NCBI GenBank assembly: GCA_018830125.1
Contig: JAHJSY010000001.1
Coordinates: 1 to 37,148, forward strand
Source: Patescibacteria group bacterium
Lineage (GTDB): Bacteria; Patescibacteriota; Minisyncoccia; Minisyncoccales; GWA2-38-27
DNA: 37,148 bases
Direction: 5' to 3'
This document shows, one piece after another, positions 10,281-19,527 of this stretch. Each line of letters begins with the position of its first letter. Position 1 is the first letter of the stretch. The notes under the pieces were generated by a model, which was not told the origin of the DNA, ran no database searches, and was given only the letters and a program-made list of their open reading frames with translations. The position numbers and the translations under genes are program-made.

Positions 10281-10526
10281 ATGCCAAAAAGACAATTAAA
10301 AGGAATAATAATATCAGATAAAATGCAGAAAACTTTGGTTGTTAGGGTTGAAAGAGTTAAGCAACATCCGAAGTATAAGAAAAGATATAAGGTGCATAAG
10401 AACTATAAAGTTCATTACGAGAATCCGCCAGCTGGCGGAGAATATAAGATTGGAGACAAGGTTGTGATAGAAGAGACAACGCCTATTAGCAAGGATAAAA
10501 AATGGAAACTAATTAAGAAAATATGA
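10281..10526 (+). CDS. rpsQ: 30S ribosomal protein S17
   Basis: [24 protein letters not shown]; start ATG 10281. Confidence 0.97.
   Translation: MPKRQLKGIIISDKMQKTLVVRVERVKQHPKYKKRYKVHKNYKVHYENPPAGGEYKIGDKVVIEETTPISKDKKWKLIKKI
10424..10439. repeat. In-frame palindrome TCCGCCAGCTGGCGGA in rpsQ (PPAGG)
   Basis: Perfect 16-bp palindrome, identical to 30824-30839. Confidence 0.85.
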
Positions 10527-10894
10527 TCCAACCAGAATCAACATTAAAAGTGGCGGATAATTCAGGAGCAAAGATGATTAAATGCATCAGGGTTTTAGGT
10601 GGTTCTGGGAAGAGATATGCTAGAATAGGTGATATTATTGTTGGTGCCGTTAAGACGGCTGAAGCGAGAAGGCCAGTTAAAAAACACGAAGTTGTTAAAG
10701 CAGTTATTATCAGACAAAGAAAAGAATTAAGAAGATCTGATGGTTCATATATTAGATTTGATGATAATGCCGTTGTTATCGTAGAAGCCACAGGTAAAAA
10801 CCCAAGAGGTGGAAGAATATTTGGCCCAGTTGCCAGAGAATTAAGAGAGAGGGGTTTTGATAAGATTATTAATTTAGCGTCAGATGTAGTCTGA
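10523..10894 (+). CDS. rplN: 50S ribosomal protein L14
   Basis: [28 protein letters not shown]. Confidence 0.99.
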   Translation: MIQPESTLKVADNSGAKMIKCIRVLGGSGKRYARIGDIIVGAVKTAEARRPVKKHEVVKAVIIRQRKELRRSDGSYIRFDDNAVVIVEATGKNPRGGRIFGPVARELRERGFDKIINLASDVV

Positions 10895-11006
10895 TATAAT
10901 GCAAATATCATGCGAATGATATGCAAATGATGCGAATAATTTTTTTAAATAATAATTATTCTGAATATTCGTTGCATTTGCATATCATTCGTAGATTGGT
11001 ATTATA
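10895..11006. repeat. Family A ATGCRAAT-repeat hairpin
   Basis: tataatgcaaat ... attcgtagattggtattata; same ends as 735-845. Confidence 0.7.
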
Positions 11007-11011
11007 ACACT

Positions 11012-11317
11012 ATGAAGATTAAGAAAGGTGATCAAATTTTAGTAATATCAGGAAAGGATAAAGGCAGAAAAGGCAAGGTAATAGAAGCTCTCCCAAAGCA
11101 GGGTAAGATTGTTGTTGAAAATATTAACTTGAGAAAGAAACACAGTAAAGCTAAAAAATCTGGCGAAAAAGGTCAAATCATAGAATTACCAATTGCTTTT
11201 CAAGTTTCAGATGTGAAAATTGTTTGCCCTAAATGCGACAAGGCAGTCAGGGTTGGTTATAATATTGAAGGAAAGAAGAAATACAGAATATGTAAAAAAT
11301 GTAATCAAGAAATATGA
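11012..11317 (+). CDS. rplX: 50S ribosomal protein L24
   Basis: MKIKKGD..VISGKDKG. Confidence 0.98.
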   Translation: MKIKKGDQILVISGKDKGRKGKVIEALPKQGKIVVENINLRKKHSKAKKSGEKGQIIELPIAFQVSDVKIVCPKCDKAVRVGYNIEGKKKYRICKKCNQEI

Positions 11318-11868
11318 TCAACGTAAAAGAAAATTATAAAAAAGCAATACCGATTTTGAAAGAAAAGTTTGGCTATAAGAATGTTATGGCTCTTCCTAAG
11401 ATTGAGAAAGTGGTTGTTAATACTGGATTAGGGAGTTTGACCGTGAGTAAAACTGGTGGAGAGAGCAAAAAGATTTTTGAATCGGTCATTCAAGATTTAA
11501 GTATAATCTGCGGTCAAAAGGTTGTTTTAACGAAAGCCAGAAAATCAGTGGCTGTTTATAAAACAAGAGCTGGAATGCCGATTGGAGCCAAGGTAACCTT
11601 GCGAGGTCCAAAAATGAATGATTTTTTAAATAGAGTGATTAATATAGCTCTACCAAGATCTAGAGATTTTCAGGGTATTAATTCGAATTCTTTTGATCAA
11701 CACGGAAATTTAACTATACCGATAAAAGAACACATTATATTTCCCGAAATATCAGCCGAAAGTAGCAAGATTATTTTCGGGTTTGAAATTACTGTTGTCA
11801 CAACAGCTAAGAATAAAGAAGAGGGATTAGAATTACTAAGATTATTAGGCTTCCCAATTAAAAAATAA
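11314..11868 (+). CDS. rplE: 50S ribosomal protein L5
   Basis: [34 protein letters not shown]. Confidence 0.98.
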   Translation: MINVKENYKKAIPILKEKFGYKNVMALPKIEKVVVNTGLGSLTVSKTGGESKKIFESVIQDLSIICGQKVVLTKARKSVAVYKTRAGMPIGAKVTLRGPKMNDFLNRVINIALPRSRDFQGINSNSFDQHGNLTIPIKEHIIFPEISAESSKIIFGFEITVVTTAKNKEEGLELLRLLGFPIKK

Positions 11869-11873
11869 TTAAT

Positions 11874-12059
11874 ATGGCTAAAAAATCAGATATAGCAAAA
11901 GCAAATAGAAAACCCAAATACAGTTCTCGAAAAGAAAACCGTTGTTTCAAGTGTGGCCGAAGTCACGGATTTATGAGAGATTTTGGGCTATGCAGAATTT
12001 GTTTTAGAGAAATGGCCAATAAAGGTTTAATACCCGGAGTAAAAAAATCATCTTGGTAA
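11874..12059 (+). CDS. rpsN: 30S ribosomal protein S14 (61-aa zinc-binding type)
   Basis: RCFKCGR...GLCRICFRE...PGVKKSSW. Confidence 0.98.
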   Translation: MAKKSDIAKANRKPKYSSRKENRCFKCGRSHGFMRDFGLCRICFREMANKGLIPGVKKSSW

Positions 12060-12067
12060 ATAACATT

Positions 12068-12448
12068 ATGACAGATCCAATAACAGACATGTTGAATAGA
12101 ATAAGAAATGCTCAAGCTGTTTCACATAAAACAGTGGTTATTCCTTATTCTAATATTAAATATTCAATTGCTAGAATACTGGAAAAGCAAGGGCTTGTTG
12201 GTGTTGTAGAAAAGAAAGGAAGAACCATTAAAAAAACTATTGACGTGACCTTAAAGTATCCTTCAGAGATATCGGGGTTAAAAAGAGTTTCAAAACCAGG
12301 ACAGAGGATATATGCTGGATCGAAAGAAATTAAAGGAACAAAAGGGAAATATGGATTAGTAATAGTTTCTACTCCTAAAGGTTTAATGACTGGTAAAGAA
12401 GCCAGAAGGAATAAAGTCGGAGGAGAAATAATTTGTGAGATTTGGTAA
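12068..12448 (+). CDS. rpsH: 30S ribosomal protein S8
   Basis: MTDPITDMLNRIRNA, RVSKPGQRIY, VSTPKGLMT. Confidence 0.98.
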   Translation: MTDPITDMLNRIRNAQAVSHKTVVIPYSNIKYSIARILEKQGLVGVVEKKGRTIKKTIDVTLKYPSEISGLKRVSKPGQRIYAGSKEIKGTKGKYGLVIVSTPKGLMTGKEARRNKVGGEIICEIW

Positions 12449-12452
12449 ATAT

Positions 12453-12998
12453 ATGTCAAGAATAGGAAAAAAACAAATTATAATACCGGAGGGCGTGATT
12501 GTTGAAATTGATGACAACAATAGGGTTTCGGTTAAGGGGTCTAAGGGCGAATTAGAAATATATATTAGGCCTGAAATTAAGGTTGAAAAAAAAGAAAATG
12601 AGATTGTTGTTGCTCCTGACAAAGAAACCAAGAGAACGAGTTCTCTGTGGGGATTAAGTAGAACCTTAGTTGCCAATATGATAGAAGGAGTTACCAATGG
12701 TTACGAAAAGAAATTAGAAATACAGGGCGTGGGATACAGAGCCAATATGGAAGGAGAAGATTTAGTTCTGCTTATGGGTTTTTCTCATCCTGTTAAGATG
12801 GAAAAAGTGGAAGGCATTAAGTTTGAAGTTCAGAAGAATATAATAACTGTTTCTGGAATTAATAAAGAATTAGTTGGTCAAATCGCTGCTAAAATTAGAA
12901 AAGTTCGTCCGCCAGAACCATATAAAGGAAAAGGAATAAGATATGTCGGCGAGTACGTCAGAAGAAAATCTGGCAAAAAAGCCGCAGGAACTGAATAA
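12453..12998 (+). CDS. rplF: 50S ribosomal protein L6
   Basis: [26 protein letters not shown]. Confidence 0.99.
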   Translation: MSRIGKKQIIIPEGVIVEIDDNNRVSVKGSKGELEIYIRPEIKVEKKENEIVVAPDKETKRTSSLWGLSRTLVANMIEGVTNGYEKKLEIQGVGYRANMEGEDLVLLMGFSHPVKMEKVEGIKFEVQKNIITVSGINKELVGQIAAKIRKVRPPEPYKGKGIRYVGEYVRRKSGKKAAGTE

Positions 12999-13003
12999 TA
13001 ATT

Positions 13004-13324
13004 ATGTTAGAGAAAAAAATTAAAAAATTAAGAAGGCATAGAAGAGTGAGAGCTAAAATCAATGGAACTGCTGAAGTGCCTCGTCTTTGCGTGTTTAGAT
13101 CTAATAAGCATATTTATGCTCAAGTGATTGATGATGAAAAGGGCAAGACCTTAGTAAATGCCAAAGGTGTTTTAGCTAAAGCGAATGAGGTTGGCAAGGA
13201 TATTGCCAAAAAAGCTATTGAGCAGAAAATAAGCAAAATTAGTTTTGATAGAGGCGGATATAAATATCACGGTAATGTTAAAGCTCTTGCCGATGGAGCT
13301 CGTGAAGGAGGATTAAAGTTTTAA
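13004..13324 (+). CDS. rplR: 50S ribosomal protein L18
   Basis: [25 protein letters not shown]. Confidence 0.98.
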   Translation: MLEKKIKKLRRHRRVRAKINGTAEVPRLCVFRSNKHIYAQVIDDEKGKTLVNAKGVLAKANEVGKDIAKKAIEQKISKISFDRGGYKYHGNVKALADGAREGGLKF

Positions 13325-13329
13325 ATATT

Positions 13330-13833
13330 ATGTTTGATAGAAAACAATCAAGAGGAAGAAAACCATTTGAGAAAAAAGATGAATTTGATTCAAAGCTTTT
13401 AGATTTAGCTAGAGTTATGAGAATGACTGGTGGTGGTCGTCGTTTTAGATTTAGAGCGGCTATAGTGGTTGGAGACAAGAAGGGAAGGATTGGGTTTGGG
13501 TTGGCTAAAGGAGCAGACGTTGCTCAAGCAGTAGAAAAAGCAACCAAAGCAGCCAAAAAGAATATTGTTCTTGTTCCGATTGTTAATGAAACGATCCCTC
13601 ATTTAGTTGAAGCCAAATTCGGAGCAGCTAGGATTATGCTTAAGCCACAGAGAAAAGGAAGAGGTCTAGTAGCCGGTGGAACGGTTAGAGTTATTTGCTC
13701 TTTAGCTGGGATCAGAAATATTTCCTCTAAAAAAATTGGCAAGACATCAAATAAAATTAATAATGCCAAAGCAACAATTAAAGCATTAAAGCAATTAAAA
13801 TATGCAACTACATCAACTGAAACCAACTCATAA
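13330..13833 (+). CDS. rpsE: 30S ribosomal protein S5
   Basis: GGRRFRFRAAIVVGD, GLVAGGTVR. Confidence 0.98.
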   Translation: MFDRKQSRGRKPFEKKDEFDSKLLDLARVMRMTGGGRRFRFRAAIVVGDKKGRIGFGLAKGADVAQAVEKATKAAKKNIVLVPIVNETIPHLVEAKFGAARIMLKPQRKGRGLVAGGTVRVICSLAGIRNISSKKIGKTSNKINNAKATIKALKQLKYATTSTETNS

Positions 13834-14215
13834 ATTAAAAAAGAGAAAACGTGTTGGTCGTGGAGGCAAGCGCGGGACTTATTCTGGACGTGGAATGAAA
13901 GGACAGAATTCAAGAGCCGGGACAAGATTTGCCCCTGTTATTCGTGAGCTGATTAAGAAATATCCTAAACTAAAGGGTTATAGAAACCAGAATAAAGAAA
14001 GTAAATACGCAATTGTTAATCTGGGTGATTTAGATAAGATATATAAAGAATCAGAAATCGTTAATCCAGAAACCTTGCTTAAAAAGGGATTAATTCGTAG
14101 AATGAAAGGGAGGTTGCCTAAGGTTAAGATTTTGGGTACGGGAAAATTAACTAAAAAAATAACTATTGAGAATTGTGAATTCTCAGAGAAGGCAAAAGAA
14201 AAGTATGCTAGATAA
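13802..14215 (+). CDS. rplO: 50S ribosomal protein L15
   Basis: RVGRGGKRGTYSGRGMKGQNSR, VKILGTG. Confidence 0.97.
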   Translation: MQLHQLKPTHKLKKRKRVGRGGKRGTYSGRGMKGQNSRAGTRFAPVIRELIKKYPKLKGYRNQNKESKYAIVNLGDLDKIYKESEIVNPETLLKKGLIRRMKGRLPKVKILGTGKLTKKITIENCEFSEKAKEKYAR

Positions 14216-15497
14216 ATTAGTTCAAGTATTTAAGATAAAGGACTTAAGAAAGAAAATACTTTTTGTCTTAATGGTTTTTGTTATTTTTAGGTTAATGGCC
14301 AGTATTCCAATGCCTGGTATTAATCCCGAGAATTTACAAGAGTTTTTTGCTAGATTTAAGATGTTGGGCTTCCTTAGTGTTTTGACTGGAGGAGCTTTAA
14401 GTAGGTTCTCTATTATAATGCTTGGGATCGGACCATATATTACGTCTGTTATTATATTACAACTTTTGACAATGATTTTTCCAGGACTGGAAAGATTATA
14501 TAAAGAAGAAGGAGAGGCAGGGAAAAAGAAGTTTAATCAATATGGAAGATTGTTAACTATTCCATTGGCCTTTTTACAGGGCTATACAATGTTGGCTTGG
14601 TTGCAACGTCCACCAACGCCAGTTATTTCTCCTCCACTGGACTTCTTTGGAACGATAACAGCCCTTTTGACTATTACTGCTGGAACGGTATTTCTAATGT
14701 GGCTGGGAGAGTTAATTACTGAAAAAGGAATTGGTAATGGCGTTTCTCTTTTGATTTTTGCTGGTATTGTTGCTAGTTTACCAATGAATGTTTTTCAAGC
14801 TTTTCAAGATGTTAGTGTTGATCCAGCTAAAATAACTGGTTATGTTTTATTCTTTCTCTTGTCTTTGGTTATTATTGCGGGAGTGGTCTTGATCACCGAG
14901 GGAAGAAGAAATGTTCCGATTTCTTATGCCAAGAGAGTTAGAGGGAATAAGATGTATGGGGGTGTTTCAACATATCTTCCAATGAATATTAATCCAGCTG
15001 GAGTAATCCCAATTATATTTGCCATGTCTATTTTATTACTGCCAGAAATGGTGGCTAACTTTTTAGGTGGAGCGGGTGGAATGGTTGGGTCTGCTGCTCA
15101 AAGTGTAGCTAGTTTCATGGCCAATGCTTGGGTAAGGGGTGGTCTTTATTTTATTTTTGTTGTTTTGTTTACCTATTTCTATACAGCGGTAACTTTTAAT
15201 CCTAAATCTATTTCAGAGAATCTTCAAAAGATGGGTGGTTTTGTTCCGGGGATTAGACCAGGAGAATCAACGGCTAAATTTATTAAATATATTTTAAATA
15301 GAGTTTTACTTATTGGTGCCTTATTTCTAGCATCTATTGCTGTTATGCCTTCTGTCGTTGGAGGAATAACTGGCGTTCAAAATGTCTTTGGATTTCTTAT
15401 TGGAGGAACCTCTGTTCTAATTGTCGTTTCGGTTGTCTTAGAAACAATGAAACAAGTCAATTCTCAACTAGAGATGCGTGACTACGACACTTTTTAG
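14205..15497 (+). CDS. secY: Preprotein translocase subunit SecY
   Basis: LGIGPYITS, GIGNGVSLLIFAGI, GVIPIIFA, FVPGIRPG; start ATG 14205. Confidence 0.99.
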   Translation: MLDKLVQVFKIKDLRKKILFVLMVFVIFRLMASIPMPGINPENLQEFFARFKMLGFLSVLTGGALSRFSIIMLGIGPYITSVIILQLLTMIFPGLERLYKEEGEAGKKKFNQYGRLLTIPLAFLQGYTMLAWLQRPPTPVISPPLDFFGTITALLTITAGTVFLMWLGELITEKGIGNGVSLLIFAGIVASLPMNVFQAFQDVSVDPAKITGYVLFFLLSLVIIAGVVLITEGRRNVPISYAKRVRGNKMYGGVSTYLPMNINPAGVIPIIFAMSILLLPEMVANFLGGAGGMVGSAAQSVASFMANAWVRGGLYFIFVVLFTYFYTAVTFNPKSISENLQKMGGFVPGIRPGESTAKFIKYILNRVLLIGALFLASIAVMPSVVGGITGVQNVFGFLIGGTSVLIVVSVVLETMKQVNSQLEMRDYDTF

Positions 15498-15501
15498 TAT
15501 T

Positions 15502-15633
15502 TAAAAATCATTAAAATAGTAATTCTGAAATAACAGCTGTTCAAATTTCTGCGGAAATTTGCCAGTTTCATTCTCAAGCTTCTGAGGAAGCTTTCCGAAA
15601 CGTATTTCTGAATCACCATTTTAACGATTTTTA
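15502..15633. mobile_element. MITE-like 132-bp element with 31-bp imperfect terminal inverted repeats and internal palindromes
   Basis: 15502-15532 vs reverse complement of 15603-15633 match 27/31; internal aaatttctgcggaaattt and aagcttctgaggaagctt. Confidence 0.5.
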
Positions 15634-15646
15634 TTTTGAGACTTAG

Positions 15647-15702
15647 AATGTTCTTCACTCGGTGTCGAACACCGCAGTGTTAGTCACCGAGTGTTGAACA
15701 TT
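15647..15702. repeat. REP-like hairpin family B, copy 1
   Basis: tcactcggtgtcgaacaccgcagtgttagtcaccgagtgttgaacatt identical to the copy after alaS. Confidence 0.85.
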
Positions 15703-15774
15703 CGATATCCAGAAATTCAATATTCAAAAACGGACATAAACTATTACACTATATAGTACGATAGTATGTGGAAT

Positions 15775-15810
15775 TATCAAAATATGAAGGTCCAACCTTC
15801 ATATTTGATA
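15775..15810. repeat. Palindrome aaatatgaaggt-cca-accttcatattt, copy 1
   Basis: Same sequence at 16062-16090. Confidence 0.85.
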
Positions 15811-15938
15811 CTTTACATAAAAAGCTACGATCGTGACGTTTAGTGTAATATGATGAGATAACATTTATATTGCGATCGCGATATATATTATTTTATTTTT
15901 AATTTCTTTTTATTTTTTTAATTTGGTATACTATAAAT

Positions 15939-16070
15939 ATGCGAAAAAAGTATAAAAAGAAAAAACATAGTTGCAAACTTTGTAAACCCCATAAAATGAA
16001 ATGGGCAAAACGTTGGAGCTCAAAAGATTTGAGTTTGCTTAAAGAATTTGAAAATAAGAATAAAATATGA
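15939..16070 (+). CDS. Small basic 43-aa protein with CxxCxxH motif, not in the ORF track
   Basis: MRKKYKKKKHSCKLCKPHKMKWAKRWSSKDLSLLKEFENKNKI; TATACT at 15927-15932 puts the ATG at about +1 (leaderless). Confidence 0.6.
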   Translation: MRKKYKKKKHSCKLCKPHKMKWAKRWSSKDLSLLKEFENKNKI

Positions 16071-16090
16071 AGGTCCAACCTTCATATTTT
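16062..16090. repeat. Palindrome aaaatatgaaggt-cca-accttcatatttt, copy 2
   Basis: Supplies the TGA stop of the small ORF. Confidence 0.85.
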
Positions 16091-16171
16091 GTTTGCTTTT
16101 GGGTTCTTGGCGTGATAATATAGATAAAAATATTAAAATAATTTGATAAAAATAAAAAACAATTAAAATAT

Positions 16172-16822
16172 ATGGCTATAAAAGTTATTATTCTTCTTGG
16201 TAAGTCTGGTTCTGGGAAAGGAACGCAGGCGGAATTATTACAAAAAAAGTTTAAGTTAGATTACATTGGAAGTGGCGATTTGCTAAGAGCAAGAACGAGA
16301 AAGAATGATTATACTGGTAAAAACCTTGATAAGGTTTTAACTGGTGGAAAGTTGGCTCCAACAGCGGTAATTCTTAAGCTTTGGCTTGACGAGGTGGAGA
16401 AACTAAAGAACAAGAAGAACCTAAATGGTTTTATTATGGATGGCAACCCAAGAAAGATTTTAGAGGCCTATTTAATAGATGATGCTCTTGATTGGTACGG
16501 ATGGGATCCAAAAGTGATCTTAGTTGATATCTCTGATAAAGAAGCAACTTGGCGTTTGACTAAAAGAAGAATTTGTAAGAAATGTAAAAACATTCTTCCT
16601 TTTATCGGCGAGTTTAGGAAAATGAAAAAGTGTCCAGATTGTGGAGGTCAATTAATGACTAGAAGTGATGATAGCATTTCGTCAGTTAAGAAAAGGTTGG
16701 ATTGGTTTAAAAAAGAGGTTCAGCCAATAATTAATTATTATAGAAAGTCTGATAGGTTGATTAAGGTCAATGGAGAGCAATCAATAGAGGGCGTTTATAA
16801 AGACATTTTAAAACATGTTTAA
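16172..16822 (+). CDS. adk: Adenylate kinase (zinc-lid type)
   Basis: GKSGSGKGTQA, SGDLLR, DGNPR, CKKC...CPDC lid, RSDD. Confidence 0.93.
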   Translation: MAIKVIILLGKSGSGKGTQAELLQKKFKLDYIGSGDLLRARTRKNDYTGKNLDKVLTGGKLAPTAVILKLWLDEVEKLKNKKNLNGFIMDGNPRKILEAYLIDDALDWYGWDPKVILVDISDKEATWRLTKRRICKKCKNILPFIGEFRKMKKCPDCGGQLMTRSDDSISSVKKRLDWFKKEVQPIINYYRKSDRLIKVNGEQSIEGVYKDILKHV

Positions 16823-17393
16823 TAAAATAGTATTTATCGTTGGAATGACTGGATCGGGGAAAAGTGCGGTTTCCGATGAATTAGTTAAAAAGGGTTTTGA
16901 GTTTGTAAGATTCGGCCAAATCACTTTAGATAAAGCAGCTGAAGAAGGGGACGTGAGCGAAGCTAATGAAAAAAAAATAAGAGAAAGAATTAGAGCTGAG
17001 CATGGAATGGCTGCTTTCGCTACTCTAAACATTCCCAAGTTTGACAAGCTGCTAGAAGAAGGGAACGTGGTTGGAGATGGACTATACAGCTGGAGCGAGT
17101 ATAAGGTGTTGAAAGAGAAGTATGGAGATAATATGTATGTCATTGCCATTTATGCTCCGCCGAAGGTAAGATACGAAAGATTAGAGGACAGAGCCATAGA
17201 GAACGATTCTAAGAATCGTTGGCGAGCCACAACCAAAGAAGAATCCAAGTCTCGAGATTATGCAGAAATAGAAAACATAGAGAAAGGAGGTCCTATCGCC
17301 ATGGCCGATTATACAATTATTAATACAGGAACATTAGAAGAATTAAAAAAAGAACTCAATAGAATTTTATCAGAAATTGATGATCAAGATTAA
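16815..17393 (+). CDS. P-loop nucleotide kinase, dephospho-CoA-kinase-like (archaeal UPF0200-like)
   Basis: GMTGSGKS, RIRAEHGMAA, DGLYSWSEY, RD..EIE....GGPIAMADY.I.N. Confidence 0.7.
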   Translation: MFNKIVFIVGMTGSGKSAVSDELVKKGFEFVRFGQITLDKAAEEGDVSEANEKKIRERIRAEHGMAAFATLNIPKFDKLLEEGNVVGDGLYSWSEYKVLKEKYGDNMYVIAIYAPPKVRYERLEDRAIENDSKNRWRATTKEESKSRDYAEIENIEKGGPIAMADYTIINTGTLEELKKELNRILSEIDDQD

Positions 17394-18129
17394 GACGGAA
17401 GAAGAAATTAAAATAATGGCTGAAGGAGGTAAGATTTTGGCTGGGATTATGAAAGAGATCATAGAAAAATCTAAGCCAGGTGTTACTACGAAGTATTTAG
17501 ACAAGGCCGCTGAAGACCTTGTTTTTAAGTATAGAGCCAAGCCATCTTTTAAGAATTTTAATAGCACTGGTTTCCCCGGCACTATTTGTGCTTCTATTAA
17601 TGAAGAGCTAGTTCATTGCGCTCCTTCAGATAGAGAATTAAAAGAAGGAGATATATTTTCTATAGACATTGGTATATTATATAAGGGATATCACTCTGAT
17701 ATGGCGGTTACTATTCCTATTGGAGAAGTTTCTCCAGAGGCCTTAAGATTAATCAGAGCTTGTAAGAAGGCCTTGAAAAGAGGGATTAAAAAAATAAGGC
17801 CAGGCCTTACTTTCGGTGATATTGGTAATACTATTCAAAGATATGTAGATGATCAGGGCTACGGAACAGTTAAAGAGCTTTGTGGACATGGAATTGGCAA
17901 AGAGCTTCATGAAGAACCACAAATAAATAATTATGGAAAAAGAAAATCAGGGCCCAAGATAACAGAAGGAATGGTTTTCTGTATTGAACCGATGATAACA
18001 ATAGGGGACTGGAATTTAAAAAAAACCAAAGATGGTTATGGTTTTCAAACAAAAGATGGCTCCCTATCAGCTCACTTTGAACATACTATAGCCGTAACCC
18101 CAAAAGGCATCAAAGTTTTAACGAAATAA
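17377..18129 (+). CDS. map: Methionine aminopeptidase type I
   Basis: CASINEELVH, DIG...GYHSD, GHGIG..LHEEP, IEPM, SAHFEHT. Confidence 0.98.
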   Translation: MMIKIKTEEEIKIMAEGGKILAGIMKEIIEKSKPGVTTKYLDKAAEDLVFKYRAKPSFKNFNSTGFPGTICASINEELVHCAPSDRELKEGDIFSIDIGILYKGYHSDMAVTIPIGEVSPEALRLIRACKKALKRGIKKIRPGLTFGDIGNTIQRYVDDQGYGTVKELCGHGIGKELHEEPQINNYGKRKSGPKITEGMVFCIEPMITIGDWNLKKTKDGYGFQTKDGSLSAHFEHTIAVTPKGIKVLTK

Positions 18130-18168
18130 AAAAAAGAGGCCAGATTTCCCGAGGGAAACCTGGTCCTT
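18128..18168 (-). terminator. Terminator of the minus-strand orphan gene
   Basis: aggccagatttccc/gggaaacctggtcct stem followed by a U tract on the minus strand. Confidence 0.65.
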
Positions 18169-18175
18169 ATTATAG

Positions 18176-18712
18176 TTACTTTGTTGATCCTTCTTCTGTT
18201 TTTCTTTCTGGCTCTGTTGTTTTTTTGCCGTCGGCATCTTTTGGTGATCTGCCGTGTGGTTTGGCTTGAACTGGTTTCGTTTCTTTCTTTTTGTAATAGT
18301 CTGCCGAAACAAGAATTTCCCCAGTAGCGGGTATCACACATTCCGGGAGGGGCTCTTCAATCGATTTGGAGAGCATTACAGACCTTATCTCTCCGGTAGC
18401 GTATTCGATTGTAGCAATTGCTCTGCCGTCTGTGCTGAACGCCTGGCCTCTCAAATGAGATATCTCTGGTCGTAAATCGGAAACATTCAATATTTTCCCT
18501 TTTCCTGCACCGTATATACTGGTGTAGAAAATCCACATTGTTGCAAATCCTGCCATACAAAGCAGAACGCATGAAATAATGCGGACATAAGGGGGAATTG
18601 GCTCTCCGCTTTCAAGAGGACGGGAGAAAAAAACTCCTGCCGCTACAAAAAACACAATTGCCGTTGTTAGTGAAGCCACTACAATTAACCACACCCTAAA
18701 GTTCTTTTTCAT
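18176..18712 (-). CDS. Orphan protein with two N-terminal TM helices
   Basis: 178-aa ORF, two hydrophobic segments, AAGGAG SD, TTGACA at 18786-18791 (minus), own terminator. Confidence 0.8.
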   Translation of the reverse strand: MKKNFRVWLIVVASLTTAIVFFVAAGVFFSRPLESGEPIPPYVRIISCVLLCMAGFATMWIFYTSIYGAGKGKILNVSDLRPEISHLRGQAFSTDGRAIATIEYATGEIRSVMLSKSIEEPLPECVIPATGEILVSADYYKKKETKPVQAKPHGRSPKDADGKKTTEPERKTEEGSTK

Positions 18713-18849
18713 GTTCGTACTCCTTAAAAAAAGTTGTCAAAGTAACCATTTACGATAGCTATATACTAGTATAGTATCAAAATCTTGTCAATGCTATTAA
18801 CATCCTTAACATTTACTTTTTGCTATAGATTGTTTACAATGAAGATAAT

Positions 18850-19527
18850 ATGGAAAAATTAATTGTTGCTAATTGGAAGATGAATCCGGGGACTTGGCAA
18901 GAAGCTGAAGAGCTTTTTGGTGCGGTAAAAAAGACAGGAGCTGTTATTTGCCCTCCGTTTATATATTTAAAAAGTTTGGCTCCTTATGAAAATCTTGGGG
19001 CTCAAGATTGTTTTTATAGAGAGAAGGGGCCTTATACTGGAGAAATTTCTGTGACCATGCTTAAAGATTTGGGATGTAAATATATTATAATTGGCCATTC
19101 AGAAAGAAGAAAGTATTTTAATGAAACAGATGAAGATATAAATAAGAAAGTTAAAACTGTTATAGAAGCTGGGCTCATTCCAATAGTTTGTGTTGGAGAA
19201 ACAGAAGAAGAAAGAGAGAATAATAAAACGGAAGAAATCTTAGAAAAAGAAATAAGAGATGGTTTAGATGGAATTGATTATTCTAAGATAGTTATTGCCT
19301 ATGAGCCAATTTGGGCTATTGGAACAGGTAACGCTTGTGATATAGAAGAAGCCGAGAGAATGAAAGAAGTAATTCAAAAAATGACTTCTAAAAATATTAA
19401 GATAATATATGGCGGAAGTGCTAACGCTGACAATGCCGATGGTTATTTAAATCAAGCTAACTTTGATGGCCTCCTCGTCGGCGGTGCTTCCCTAAAACCA
19501 GATGAATTCAAAAGAATTACGGAATAA
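18850..19527 (+). CDS. tpiA: Triosephosphate isomerase
   Basis: ANWKMN, GHSERR, AYEPIWAIGTG, YGGS, LVGGASL. Confidence 0.98.
   Translation: MEKLIVANWKMNPGTWQEAEELFGAVKKTGAVICPPFIYLKSLAPYENLGAQDCFYREKGPYTGEISVTMLKDLGCKYIIIGHSERRKYFNETDEDINKKVKTVIEAGLIPIVCVGETEEERENNKTEEILEKEIRDGLDGIDYSKIVIAYEPIWAIGTGNACDIEEAERMKEVIQKMTSKNIKIIYGGSANADNADGYLNQANFDGLLVGGASLKPDEFKRITE

Noticed and set aside
10523-11317. Alternative genetic code 25 (TGA=Gly)
   Set aside because: rplN and rplX end at TGA at the expected length and no conserved gene has an in-frame TGA
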